Assembly: GCA_964016885.1 (NCBI GenBank)
Contig: OZ024740.1
Span: 368,900,001 to 368,964,000, forward strand
Reading direction: 5' to 3'
DNA length: 64,000 nucleotides
Source: Eledone cirrhosa
Taxonomy: Eukaryota
The translations under genes were made by a program, and so were the position numbers. Of this stretch, positions 28,499 through 42,352 are shown piece after piece (the first letter of the stretch is position 1; every line of letters starts with the position of its first letter). The notes beneath the pieces were generated by a model that was not told where the DNA came from, did not search any database, and worked only from the letters and a program-made list of their open reading frames with translations.

Positions 28499-28505
28499 AA
28501 TATAT

Positions 28506-28557
<52 letters not shown>

Positions 28558-28560
<3 letters not shown>

Positions 28561-29165
28561 TGGCTGCCAACTCGTTTTCGAGTACGGCCACTACTTTATA
28601 TCCATGTAGGAGAACCCCTACCGATGCGCTGAACGAGTGTGACTTCTTAGTCCAGCCAGCGACTTGAAAACTCTGGTACAAACACTACACTTGTGACAAT
28701 TATTGACACATAGTGCTGGGCCCATGGTACCATGTGACGACAAGTGCAGAGAGATCTCCAGATATAAAGCAATGACTGTGCCGTGAAGCTTTTATAGTGA
28801 GCAAAGGCACTGCACAAAGCCAGTCCCACTCTCTTAACCAAGATGATATTTACCAAAAAGAAGAACAAGTCAACATCATTGGATACCATCAGGGTTGCAG
28901 GTGTTATATCAGAGTTTTCCTTCTCCTAGAATTCTGCCTTGACAAAGGCTAAGGGGTCATCTCTCCCGGTGATTTTGGATGGCCATTGACTCTTAAGAGC
29001 TCCTTTGCCCTTTGACAGGTTTTGTTTTTAGTCCTGCAGGATGTCCAAAGTCACCCTCCTCACCAAGAAACCTTGGTGGGGTTGCCAGTTTAGTCGCCAA
29101 CGACCCGACCATGAGACAGGTTGTACTGGCATACATGTTACCAGTAGCACCAACTGGTGACCTGA
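28558..29165 (-). mobile_element. Probable 5' UTR fragment of an RTE-like non-LTR element
   Basis: GC-rich block between microsatellites. The minus strand carries ggcgactaaactggcaacccc and ctaggagaaggaaaactctga, which I recall from RTE 5' UTRs (not verified). Confidence 0.45.
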
Positions 29166-29196
29166 CATATATATATATATACATACATACATACAT

Positions 29197-29227
<31 letters not shown>

Positions 29228-29279
29228 TTCACACACACAAATATATATATATATATATATTTTATTTATATATATCTAC

Positions 29280-29359
<80 letters not shown>

Positions 29360-29389
29360 GTAGATAGATAGATAGATAGATAGATAGAT

Positions 29390-29425
<36 letters not shown>

Positions 29426-29502
29426 TATGTACGTATATATATATAAATACCATTTTTTGAAATAAAAAAAATTCGCTCTACACGGCTGAATACAATAAAT
29501 AT

Positions 29503-29720
29503 TATCTGAAATTTTCGAATATTAAAAACATTATTCGTTTCGTTTGCAATTATGCAAAACACCGTTTTTTTAAAAAGCCATGTCAGTAGAATGAGCCCCT
29601 CATTCTTGCACTTGTATTGGCATGTAAACAGACATGGTTTTCTTTTTAAAAATAAATAGGGTGTTTGCATAATTGTATACGTATCGAAAATTATTATTAG
29701 TATTCGAAAAACTCAGATTA
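29503..29720. repeat. Imperfect ~220-bp hairpin (MITE/fold-back-like)
   Basis: atctga..ttttcgaata..caattatgcaaa..ccatgtc mirrors gacatgg..tttgcataattg..tattcgaaaa..tcagat. Confidence 0.7.
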
Positions 29721-29721
29721 C

Positions 29722-29757
<36 letters not shown>

Positions 29758-29759
29758 TA

Positions 29760-31776
29760 TACAAAGGACGTAACACCAACAACAAACTGCAGAAAGATAT
29801 TAAAAAACTACTGGACGACCTTAAAAACACCAAAGGAATTGTAGTAAAAGCAGACAAAATATCTAACCTGTATACTATGGACTGCACTACATATAACAAC
29901 TTCATTCGAAAAGAACTACATAAAAATATAGAAAAAAGAGTGAAGTAACCCTAAAGCACATCAATGATGAGGCATGCGAAATAGTGAAAAATCTCGGAAT
30001 CGAAGATAGGACAGGACCACTCTTACCAGCGGTACCCACCTTCAATCTTAAGGACTATAAGGTAAACTTTGATAATGACCCTAAAATTAGACTAATCTGC
30101 CCCTCTAAATCAGATATAGGTAAAATAAGCAAATATATCTTAGATAGAATCATCCCCCAAATTAAGGCTAAGGTTAACATTAAAATCTGGAGGAAGACCC
30201 AAGAAGCAATTAGATGGTTTAATAGCATTAGCAATAAGAATAAATCTAAGTTTATCCAGTTTGATACCGATGAATATTACTCAACGATATTCCCTGAATA
30301 GAGCCATTGAGTTTGCTAAGGATAACTCTGACCTTACAAACGAAGAAATTAAGATTATATTAGAAGCTAGGAAAACTATAGTCAAATTTGAGAACAGTTA
30401 TTGAGTTCGTAAAGATAGACCCTCCAAATTTTACATAACAATGGGCTCTAACGATTCGGCGGATATAACTGATATTGTGGGGTTATTTATCGCCTTTAAA
30501 CTCCAGGAAAAATTCAGTAATCTCCACGGTGGAATATACCGCGATGATCCTCTCCTCCTAGTTAAAATCATAAATAACCAAAAACTAGAAAAACTACGCA
30601 AAGATATAAGAAAACTACTACTCGAAATAGGACTGGATGTCACACTCAATTTAAACTCTGGTCTGATTAAACCTTTTCATAAATTGAATGAAAATCTCAA
30701 GTACATAAATGTTGGGTCTAACCACCCCATCTCTATAATTAAATGTATCCCTAAAAATATTTCCCTTATAATCTCGGGTCTATCTTCTAACATACAAGTA
30801 TTTAAGGAACACGCCGAGTACTACGATAACACCCTTAGTAAGGCAGACTACCTCAACAAAATAGAATATATAGATGAAAACAATCAAAACACCCAAAATA
30901 AATCCCACATAGGTAGAAATAATAACACAACACCAAACCACACTTACTACCATAGTGTACACACCAGTAAACCAACAAACAAAACTAATAGAAAGCGATG
31001 CAAAGAGTACTTATTGTATTACTCTGAATACAATAGTTCCATTAGTACAAATTTACCAGTACTCTTCTTTAAAATAGTTAGGAAACATTTTACTACATCA
31101 CACAAATACCACAAAATCCTAAACCCTACCACTATAAGACTGTCATACTCTACAGCGTTAAACCTTGAACAACACATAAAAAAGATCAATACTAGAAGGT
31201 TAAACGAAAACACTAAAATCTTAAGTACAAAGAGCACAAAAAAAAACGGTAGACAATACACTACAGAACATAAATAAACCACACCTAAGTTCGTCCGCAA
31301 CACTACTCCAGAGTAAACCTAACTACAAAACAAACGTACACAACTGTAACTGCACCTATCCTAACAATTGCCCCCTCGGCAATAACTGCCTTGAAAAAAA
31401 TATCATCTATAAGTGTACCATTGAATCCGGAGGCAACGAGTGGTATTACGTGGGATCAACGGCAACATCGTTTAAATCTCGATTATATAGGCATTCTTAC
31501 TCAATAAAACACCAGAGCCAAAGAAATGTAACAACTTTAGCAGAAAAAGCTTGGACACTCAGGGATAGCGATCAAAGGTTTAACCTAAAAGGGGAGAAAT
31601 TAGCTAAAACCCAAAGCTTTTCCAGAAGACAAAATTTCTGCAAAGTATGTAATCTTGAGATTTATTACATAATCACACACAAGAAGAAACTGCTTAATAA
31701 CAGAATTGAACGAACATTATTCTGCCGTCACCGAACTAAAACCCTTTTTCCCCACTACAAGCTGAATATTACATAA
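29760..31776 (+). pseudogene. Naiad-type RT + GIY-YIG ORF, multiply disrupted
   Basis: VKADKISNLY, KIRLICPSKSDIGKISK, FIQFD, TMGSNDSADITDIVGL, GIYRDD, CNCTYPNNCPLGNNC..IIYKC..YVGST..FKSR and CKVCNLE..LLNNR..CRH. Frameshifts, stops and an internal deletion at ~30635. Confidence 0.88.
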
Positions 31777-32077
31777 ACGAGGGACATCCTCCCAACTATA
31801 CAAATCGTCAATCAAGTTAGAAAAATATAAAAACAATCACTTCTCAACATAAATATGTACTATTAATAACCATAAATTATCACACTAATGATGGATAAAT
31901 ATGGTGGTGAGAATAGGTGCCAATATGCTATAATGAATGTGTCTAAAAGCGACCATATGTATGTATATAGGTGAAAATGTATATAAATAAGTAAATAAGC
32001 GGGCGAGTGTGTATATATATATATATATATATTTGATGTGTATAATTAAATGTATGTGTATTCATGTATATGTGTAT

Positions 32078-32138
<61 letters not shown>

Positions 32139-32712
32139 TAGACAGGAGTATGTATATATATGTGTGTCTATATGTGTGTATATGTAGATAAGTAGAGTAT
32201 GAAAGTGTATATACATGAATGCGTTTGTGGGTACACATATATATATGTATATATATATATATATATATATAAATATATATATTTACATATATATATGTAT
32301 GTAAGTATGAGCATGTAAGTATGTGTATGTGAGTGTATGCATTTTTAGAGGTGTGCATATATGTATGTGTGTGAATGTGTATGTTTTTTTTTAAAAAAAG
32401 TATATGTATACACATATATCTATGTGTGGGCGAATGGATACACACACTTGAAAGACAAATTTAAGTCTGTATGTTAATTAAGTGCAAACACAAAACCAAC
32501 CATGCATATCTCTTTACTATCTCTAATCTTTCTATAGATTTAGAAAAATAACCAACGCCAAATAATGTATTCTATAAAAATGTCAAAACAACAGATGGGA
32601 ATCTAATTACCCACTGCTATCAAAAAGTTCTATCCACTACCTTAACTATTCTTCTAACTTCACTCCTCCCTCTTAATATTCTCTATAAAAATCAAACAAG
32701 TTCTCAATGAGA

Positions 32713-32833
32713 TTATTCTGATGAAATGATAGTTGAAAATAACATTGAAATATTGAGTGTCTGCATAATTAATACTTTGTAGATAGCAGCCGTTTTCAGG
32801 TTATACAACTGTTATTGAAACACGTGTCAATAA
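32713..32833 (+). ncRNA. Type I hammerhead ribozyme, long stem II
   Basis: ttatt-CTGATGA-aatgatagttg...caactgttatt-GAAAcacgtGTC-aataa; canonical core and GUC cleavage triplet. Confidence 0.85.
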
Positions 32834-32866
32834 ATTCCTTTTACTGAACTGTATCCATTTAAATCC

Positions 32867-32906
<40 letters not shown>

Positions 32907-33199
32907 AAAATTAGGATAAATCAAATGAATTTAATCTAAATCAAAATTATTGGTGTCATGCAAGAAAGACATGCGACATATCACTCACAAAATAAGCTCT
33001 AACATTCTAACGAGTAGGTCCGAGCATTTTATAATAACTAGAAATTGATTAACATATAAATAAACATGAATAATCACAGGAGATAATTTTTACAAGTGTG
33101 TAACCACACATAGCTAGGTAGGTAACTAAATAAAGTTGACCAGAACTTCAAAAATGATACCTTATAATATGATTATATATATATGTGTGTGTCAAGTTG

Positions 33200-33680
33200 A
33201 AGAATTGCATGAGCTTGCACAGAAAGACTACAGCCTCAATATTCGGTCATCAATTTAGGAATACCTGTCTATTCTTGCCTATAATTATGAAACGTGACTA
33301 ATGACATAAAGAGTACAATCGTGAATGTTGAAATGGTATACCTTCCAAGGGCATTTGCAGTAACTTTACTCGCCCGAGTGCATACCCTTGAGATCAAAAG
33401 GTCGCTCCAGGTGGAGACACTAATTCTCTGAAATGAGAGATTACCGTTCTGAAATTATGGATATGTAGCAAGCAGACCTCAGGAAATAATCGCCAAACAG
33501 ATTTTACGGGAAAACCACCCGGCAAGAGATGGAGAGATAGACAGCTAGTACGATGTTTGGATAAAATGCATGAGATCTGTTAGTCTATTCTCGGGTTAGA
33601 CCGGATCAATTATCAACGTTTGCTTCTAAAATGACACCCTGGAAGGCGCGCTTGAAGAGTTTATTCCAAAGACACTCTCT
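33200..33680 (+). mobile_element. Highly decayed LINE (RTE-like) 3' fragment
   Basis: Residual LKLW..IAKQIL..GKRWRD..WKARLK resembles the post-RT C-terminus of RTE elements. Confidence 0.35.
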
Positions 33681-35395
33681 CAGATTAAGTGGGAGAAGTT
33701 GTATACACACACATACGCACACACGCACACATACACACACACACATACGCAGACGCACACACACACAAACACACACACTCACACACACACATATATATAT
33801 ATATAGAGAGAGAGATAGATAGATATTTATATATATATATATATATATACTTACCTTCCTGTATAAAATTTCAATTTATTTCTAGACGAATTATTTATTG
33901 TTGAGTAAACACTGAAGTGCGTATGTTAAATTAAATGATTTATTGGAAGACTTTCGTAATCATTGAAAGAATTCAAGTAACATATGTACAGCTATTTACA
34001 TTTTATGAATAGAGATATTTCGTAAATAGAACTTTGGTTGAAATGTATAAATATATATTCAATTATCGACCTCCTTATCCCGCTATTGATAAAAATATGA
34101 TCTAACGATTGATTTGTTTTTAAAATGAACGATAATTCAAAAGCTTATCTTGAGAGCTAGAGGTACATAGTAAGGTTAGAGTAGGTACGTTGCCACTGAC
34201 AATAGGCAGACTTTCCTTTTTATAATATTAAAGTATATGTACAAAGAGGAATTTAAAATAATAATATTGAATGAGCAGAAATAGAATAAGACTTTGTCAT
34301 CGATTTCTATCGATTTATTGCAAATGCTATGTAAATCATTTTCCAATTCAAATAACATAATACTTGTGGTGGATCTAGCCTTCCAGAAACATGTATCGCT
34401 TTAATAACTTTCAAATCCGTTTCTACTTTGTCTTCCAATAAAACAAAAATTAAGAGTGTGAGACTGAATATAACAAAATAGAGAAATATAGCTTAGGATA
34501 CAAAATACATTGTAAATGTGATAAACCATTTTCCAGAATACTAATGTCTAGTCCGCCTCTAGTATGGGTATGTTTTAGCTTAACCATAGAACATCATACC
34601 CTACAATATGGATATGCCACCTTAAAACGTATCCCTTTCGCACGCAAAAACTAACCGTTATAAGTAAATTTTACACACCTATTATTTCTCTCCCCACCAC
34701 TCTTCAGGAGACATATGCGTCTGTGGCTGTGTGAACGTATCCACGTATGTGTGTGTGCGTATATATATATGTGTACGCAGTTATGTTTCGCTATGGATGT
34801 ATGTGCATGTATAGAGGTACGTATGTGTGTGCACCTGTGGACGTACGTCGATGGATGTTTGCGTGTGTGCACTAAATGTTTAAGATATAGATTATAATTT
34901 TTAACACTTCTAGATTGTAATACGTATAGGTTTCAACATATATGTTACATTTATAACATCTCCCACTATAAGCCCTAGCGATATGGAGAAGCACTAACGC
35001 TACCAGAGAAACCCATATCAATGTACATACATAAATACTTCCCTAACAACTTGAATACTACGACAACAGGGTGATAGTTATTGACCTGTTAACTGACCTG
35101 CTCATACCACTGCCACTACAAGCAAGTAGGTCAACTGAACCAGAATAAATATGCAGTTAAAAGCAAACCTAACATGTTGATTTGTTTCAAAGAAAACTGA
35201 TCGAAGTATTACAATAGGCTGGGGCGTTGATATGGTATCTGACCAATGAGTGAAGGTATGTCCTTTGAACGCTGGAATTCGTTCATTCAAAATCAGTTCC
35301 TTGGCTGAATAACATCTCATCTGAACATATCACGCAAGTAACAGGGTAAAATCTATTCCAATATAATGTTTTCCTATTTCCTCTGGTCAAATTCT

Positions 35396-35453
35396 AACTG
35401 CCTGATGAGGTCATAGCTCAATAATAATTATCACCGAAATATATATAGCAGCT
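35396..35453 (+). ncRNA. Type I hammerhead ribozyme
   Basis: ctgc-CTGATGA-ggt..acc-GAAAtatataTA-gcag. Confidence 0.75.
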
Positions 35454-35614
35454 AATATAATAAACGAAGTTAATTTTAACCTGCTGACTTACACTTCTTG
35501 TTTTTACATTACTCCGGAGTAAACAGACCCACCTGCGCACTTCGTTAGTGCTCTAACTTGAATACTGTGTTGTCGGTAAACAACCAACACATACTCAAAG
35601 TTGTGTATATATAT

Positions 35615-35712
35615 AGTTGAAAAAGTGAAAAATAACATGGTCAACAATACAAAAAAATAGCGATTTATTTTTTTTGTACTATTGACCATGTTATTCTTCA
35701 CTTTTTCAATTT
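35615..35712. repeat. ~100-bp hairpin
   Basis: ttgaaaaagtgaaaaataacatggtcaa / ttgaccatgttattcttcactttttcaa. Confidence 0.8.
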
Positions 35713-35860
35713 TATTACTCCAAGATAAACTTACATAGGAATACAAGTGAAATCATAAACTTGCCAACAACCTAAACCTCTTGTTGAGTCCAAAAACACC
35801 GTAGGCTAAAACTATCCATAATAAGAAGTATTCACAACCTCTAACTAATATTTAGTTATC

Positions 35861-35985
<125 letters not shown>

Positions 35986-36029
35986 GAGAGTGAGAGAGAG
36001 AGAGAGTGGGGGTGAGAGAGAGAGAAAAG

Positions 36030-36380
36030 AAATATATTTTAGGGTCTCTTTATCTATTTTTTTTTCTTTTATGCGTGAAAGTGCGTTATTGAAAAAATGA
36101 GAGGGACAATTCTTTTAAAAAAGAGTTTTATAATGTATATAGAGTATATAAAGTATTACCAGTTTCGATGTATTATTGATTCTTTTTATTTGTAATACTC
36201 AACATTTGATGAATTTTAATAATACACCGAAACCGGTAATTCTTTATATAGTTTATATACATTATAAGCCTCTGTTCTAAAAGAATTGTCCCTCTCATTT
36301 TTTCAATAATGTCATCTTTTCAATAATGTCTCTTTGACGAATCAAAGAAAGGAAAAAAACAGACTCTAAAATATATTTCC
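36030..36380. repeat. Inverted repeat with decayed HHR (ttgatga..ccGAAAccgGTA)
   Basis: ttattgaaaaaatgagagggacaattcttt mirrors aaagaattgtccctctcattttttcaataa. Confidence 0.65.
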
Positions 36381-36512
36381 CGTGCTATTACCAACTTCAC
36401 CTTTTCTTTATATCCATTGTTTTGTATAGCACATTAATTCCCTTTTTTTATATATATACACACACACACCCCACACGCACGCACATATATATACATATAT
36501 ATACATATAAAT

Positions 36513-36664
<152 letters not shown>

Positions 36665-36873
36665 AGGAGAGTTCAGTAATTCATTACCATCCTATTACCA
36701 GTAATGGAATGTCCTCCATCTCAGTCTATTGATAAAGGAGTTTACACTATTAATTAATAATTTTTCGTACGTATCCCTAGAGGGTATTGGAATGTTCTTA
36801 GTAGACATAGGAAGATAATCTTTGATCATCATATTGGTAATGTTATGTATGTTAGCTCAACAGTATGGAGCAG

Positions 36874-36905
<32 letters not shown>

Positions 36906-37069
36906 TATACTTATATATACACTATATATAATTATTAAAAGGAGAGGTCGGTAATTCATTACCACCTTATTACCAGTAAGAAGAATAGTTCAACGTAAAT
37001 ACATCAGATATTTTACAGAGCCGAAATATAAATTACAGAATAATCAAAACTATGTTCAAAACATTTTAT

Positions 37070-37116
37070 TGCTGACAATCATTTCTTCCAAACATTCGTT
37101 TGGAATCATCGGAGCA
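37070..37116 (-). ncRNA. Hammerhead ribozyme family E (CCGATGA core)
   Basis: tgct-CCGATGA-ttccaaacgaatgtttggaa-GAAAtgattGTC-agca. Confidence 0.75.
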
Positions 37117-37924
37117 GTAGCAAAATTTAGACATATAATTAACCTCCTATTCCACAGAACAATTGTAAATATACGTAGATGTTATTGTTGTCATCAATAG
37201 TGTCATATTTAAAGAGTGAAGATGATGTGGTCAGTAATGGAATGTCCTACATCTCACTCTATTGATGAATGATTGACACTATTAATCAATACATTTTCGA
37301 ACGTATCCCTAGATGGTATTGGGATGTTCTTAGTAGACGTAGGAAGATAATCAGCATACTGGTAATTTTATGTATGTTAGCGCAATAGTATGGGGCGGTT
37401 AATGATAATAATAATATTATTTATATTTATATATATGTATACACTATATATCATTTTAAACAAGAAAGGTGGTAATGAATTACCACCTTATTACCAGTAA
37501 GAAAAATAGCTCAATTTAAATACATCAGATATTTTACAGAGCCGAAATATAAGGTGGTAATGAATTACTGACCTTTCCTGTTTATAATTATATATAGTGT
37601 ATATATAAGTATTAATAATATTATTATTATTATTAACTGCTCCGTACTGTTGAGCTAACATACATAAAATTACCGATATGGTGATCAAAGATTATCTTCC
37701 TACGTCTACTAAGAGCATCCCAATACCATCTAGGATACGTACGAAAAATTATTCATTAATAGTGTCAATCATTTATCAATAGAGTGAGATGGAGGACATT
37801 CCATTACTGACCACATCATCTTCACTCTTTAAATATGACACGGTTGATGACAACACTAACATCTATGTATCTTTACAATTGTTTTGTGGAATAGGAGGTT
37901 AATTATATGTCTAAACTTTGCTAG

Positions 37925-37972
37925 TGCTCCGATGAAGATAAACGAAAAGTTTGGAAGAAACGATTGTCAGCA
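37925..37972 (+). ncRNA. Hammerhead ribozyme family E (stem II partly decayed)
   Basis: tgct-CCGATGA-agataaacgaaaagtttggaa-GAAAcgattGTC-agca. Confidence 0.65.
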
Positions 37973-38554
37973 ATAAAAGGTTTTGAACATAGTTTTGATT
38001 ATTCTATAATGTATACATATATATATATATTATCCATATTCTTCAATTACCCTTTGTAAAAGTTACCATCGCCTAATACACCACATTATTTTCTATTTAT
38101 CTAGCCCCATTTATCAAGCCCTCCTCCATTTAATCAAACCTCCCAGCACCCATTCCAAGGACGCTATAAATACTGAAGCAGACTAAAATTACCTGGCGTC
38201 GCTGATAATGCCTTACGAATGAAAGTAATTTCTATAATAAAATAACATGTTTATAATCTACAAACGTATTGAGTACCTTTTTAACTAAGGCCATCTCCCG
38301 ATATACAATGGAAATCCATCAATATATCTATACATATATATTTAGTAAATTGACCGCAGACTGGGCTGTTAAGGTTCCTTCAATGATTTATTTAATTTGT
38401 CAGAAAAATATTTTTGGAGGAATCTCAATAGCCCGGCCGCACCACCAACTAGATTCAACATCAAATACGGATGAGTTCCTATTAATACATCATGTATTTC
38501 AACCGATAATTTAAGATTTCCATGCGTATGTCTCTATTTATGAAACAAACTTTG

Positions 38555-38618
38555 TATTTTATCCGATGAAAGCGTACCAATGTTGTCTTGGTACCCTTGA
38601 AATATATATAATAAAATA
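38555..38618 (+). ncRNA. Type I hammerhead ribozyme (CCGATGA core)
   Basis: tattttat-CCGATGA-aagcgtacc..ggtaccctt-GAAAtatataTA-ataaaata. Confidence 0.72.
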
Positions 38619-38756
38619 AATATGGTTTTATAAATATAGTTTCCATTTATTTGATAACATTGAATATTTACTCCAGTAATAACTGTTGAGTGCTCTAAAT
38701 CAGTTATAAACATCTATATTTGTCGGACTTCCAATAAATTAAATACCCCTTCTACT

Positions 38757-38789
<33 letters not shown>

Positions 38790-39262
38790 CCTCCTCGCTC
38801 ACTCACCTCTTGAATCGTGCAAGTTGTGGAATTGACAGGTTTACGCAAGAGTTTGGTCGAAATATCTATAATTCTAAATCCAACCAGCGTGCTAACTCTA
38901 TATCTCTGTCAAATCGCATGTTGGGATTTAATAGCCAGAAAGGTTTTTAGCGCTACTATTGTTACTGTTGCACTATTTCTGGTCATGATACTTGGAAAGT
39001 AGATCCGAATGCTACCATTTTATTATACAGCCATTGGAGACGGTGTTTCTCTTGCTTTTTAATTTGTGTTTGAGATACGTTCGCTGAGTATTACGACCGT
39101 CACGGAAATTTCTAAACCAAAAGCCAATCGCTTGATAGCATTGTGATGACGCGTAGGGATTTCATTTGCTAATGTTTTACTGTATTGACCGTCACATTCA
39201 CTTTTATCGCTGACACGGACTGGAATCGAATACTGTTGATCGATTGGTTATTGAATAGGTGA

Positions 39263-39378
39263 AACCCGCTGATGAAGCCACACGCGCCGAGTGTGCATTG
39301 TTGCATAATAAATGCAGATAGTGGGTGCTATACACACTATTGCTAAATTAAGTGGGGCCGAAACTTGAGTACGCTTAT
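39263..39378 (+). ncRNA. Hammerhead-like motif with long stem II, weak stem I
   Basis: ccg-CTGATGA-agccac...gtggggcc-GAAActtgaGTA-cgc. Confidence 0.55.
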
Positions 39379-39519
39379 AGATTGAAGGTACCTATTTACG
39401 TGTGTTGTATTGAAGCGAATAACTATTTGTATACTCTGGGATTTTACATAACATTCCCTACTGAATCCGGTGAGACGCAAACCGTACTAGCAGTGAATAG
39501 CATGCTAGGTCCGTCAACT

Positions 39520-39661
<142 letters not shown>

Positions 39662-40311
39662 GTAAATTAATAGGAAATTGTTAACAAAAGTTCACCACAT
39701 TTAAGGAAATAGGAAATGCTGTGTGCCAATTAAGTAGGTGGTTGGATTGAGGGATAGTGTTGAGTGCTAATACTACGATCCCGCAATATGGTATGATTTT
39801 ACACTTCAAAAGAAGTACGAATTCTTGATTTGACATCATCTTGGTATGGCAAAACTGTCTCCTTTAGTATTTTACACGACGAAAAACGACTCGGGAACGG
39901 AACGTTTAAATTAATAAATTTGAAAATAGAAATGCCTGAAATTACTTGCAATGGTACAGGCGAGTATATAGTCTTTGCCTTGGTGAATTTATTCTGGCAT
40001 TCGTATTTTGACATTATGTTTCGGAATAGATTGCTGTTGAGTGACATCCTAAACCATATTCATACCTATGTTTATGTATTCAAACATCTATATGCTTTTA
40101 TTTCTTCCTGTTTCTCATATTCTGTCTCTCACCCACTCCCTCTCTCTCTCTCTTTGCGACGCATGATCAGGATATATGTTGTTGTGGAATACTCAACGAC
40201 TTACAAGAAAGTTTGACGAGTAAGCTGTGTCGTTCATAGAATAGAAGGAACACTCACCGAAAGAGGCGGACGTCCTCTTTTTCTCTCCTTGATGAATAAG
40301 TAAGTATAACG

Positions 40312-40371
<60 letters not shown>

Positions 40372-41552
40372 ACATGCATGCATACATACATACATAAATA
40401 TACATTACATATATATATACATATATATATATGTATGTGTGAGTTTGTGGATGTGCCTGCGTGCCTGTGTGTGAGCGTGTATCGGTGGCTGTGCGTGTTT
40501 GTGTATCACAGCGTTAGCGAAATATATTTTCTCTTTCTGCTCTCCTAGAAGCTACTTGAATTTGAGGAACGCCTAATACTTAGATTTTCAAATATATGAA
40601 GTTAGAATGATCGAAAATATATTCTATAACGTTATCCCGAAAAAGACTGAATTCTTTTCCCATTATTCTGGGCGATTTTCAATGATTAATTGTGCAGCTG
40701 TTGTTTAGTTCACTTCAAACTGAAATAACATTAATGAAATAATAAAATAAAAATACACCAAGAATTAAACAATATGGTAACAGAATGATGAAACAGAAAA
40801 ATCAATTAAGCAATAAATATTCCTTTAACAAATAGTTTCAGGAATCTCATTCTGTATACTTATTTCAGACCCCCCACACATACTCCATTAAATATTGTTA
40901 CTATTGAATTTTTTTGCTATTGACAGAAATTATTTTTTGTTAAGTGCATTGTAATCGATTACTTCGGCCCCTGGAAATATATTATAAAAAGCCCAATAGT
41001 GGGGATGTTGGTGATGTAGGTAGGGAGTTTGGCATGAAGAATTATTTGAGATTATAATCGTCCAGACCGATATGTTCTATGGTGCCTAGGGGTAAATGTG
41101 TTACTATAAATCAGCAGTTATATTTCTAGTAGCCACATATGTTACTGGCTCGCCAGATGAAAAATTATCTGTCTTTACCTTTGCAATATGTCTTTGTTAT
41201 ATCGATTAAATCTATAGAAAAATACGGAGCGTAGTTTAAATAATCACGTCAATCTTGATGGATATAAACTGAGCCTGTTAGATTTGCTATACATAAAGAA
41301 TAATCAATTGGTATAATATAGGTTAACGTCCGTTCGGAAATGCGACTTCTATATTAATCATACGTCTCAACCCCCTCACTAGCATCCAAACAAGTTTGCT
41401 TACATGTTGCAATAAGAGAGGTGAACTTGTTCGAAATGTATATAGACTATTCTGGTTGTAGCTTATGTTCTCTTTCAATAACATTTAACTTCTAAAATAT
41501 AGAAAGCACACATAAGTTAATTCCATGGATAGGTTAAACGCTATCCTAAAAT

Positions 41553-41712
41553 AATTGTTTCTACTATTGGCACAAGGCCCAGCAATTATCCCAGTGCATT
41601 ACTGCTTCTTTACTTTATTGACCCCGTAGGCATATTTGAACTCAGATTATAAAGGGTCGTAACTCTTCGCTGCAATGCATGGCGTCCAACCCTCTACCGA
41701 TACTGCCAATTC
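41553..41712 (-). mobile_element. tRNA-derived SINE (same family as 13633)
   Basis: Reverse-complement match, with an internal deletion. Confidence 0.85.
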
Positions 41713-42240
41713 AAAAATAATGTTTCTAGATCATGGTCTATAGATCGAATATATGTCCGTATGAAATAGAAATGTCTACATCTCGCTCCAAAATATTGAG
41801 CATAGCTTAGTAGCATGTATCATGTTTTTCGCTACTGAATAAGGTGTCCATTTGTTTAATAGAAGAAACAGAACACCACTTGGTCCTCACATACTTAACC
41901 CACCAGAATATATCGTAGGCGAAGGCTAACAGGATGGACCACATGGCTTGTACTACATATACCGATAGCTAAAGCTTCAAAGTTACATTAAACATCTCGT
42001 ACATTTGCAAAAGAGGCGCAGCAAGCCAGACAAAAGTTAACAGTATTGTATTGAACGTTTTAGCGACTCTGATAATTCAGTGTATTCGCAATAAAATGCG
42101 AACATAAAATAATGGCAAATATTTATCACATATACTCCAATTGAATAATTATTATTTGAGCTCATGAAATTACTTTTCGTGGCCAATGGAATAAATTTAT
42201 ATTTTATGCTGAATGTTTTATGGTAAAATCCACAAAATAA

Positions 42241-42352
42241 TTTCAAATCCCGCCGAGGTTAACTTTACCTCTCATGTTTACGGGGTCGATAAAATAAAGT
42301 ACCAGTAATGTACTAGGTAATTGCTGGCCTTGTGCCTAAAATAGAAACAATT
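42241..42352 (+). mobile_element. 5'-truncated SINE
   Basis: ttcaaatcccgccgaggttaac...ttgtgcctaaaatagaaacaatt. Confidence 0.85.

Larger units (their letters stand above)
29760..32870 (+). mobile_element. Penelope-like element copy 3 (different family), 5'-truncated, with 3' HHR
   Basis: RT + GIY-YIG fragments followed by a 3' region with a hammerhead; (TA)n flanks. Confidence 0.88.
36665..38010. mobile_element. Fold-back element of HHR family E with partial tandem extra arm
   Basis: ~37035-37480 mirrors ~37550-38010, and 36665-36980 is a further partial direct copy. Confidence 0.8.

Noticed and set aside
30402-30404. In-frame TGA in PLE copy 3 as Naiad Sec codon
   Set aside because: Aligns to Trp (EYW in copy 1), so it is a TGG->TGA mutation in a decayed ORF.
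31880-31942. SECIS-like ATGA..TGA downstream of PLE copy 3
   Set aside because: Helix pairing is poor and there is no Sec codon in the ORF.
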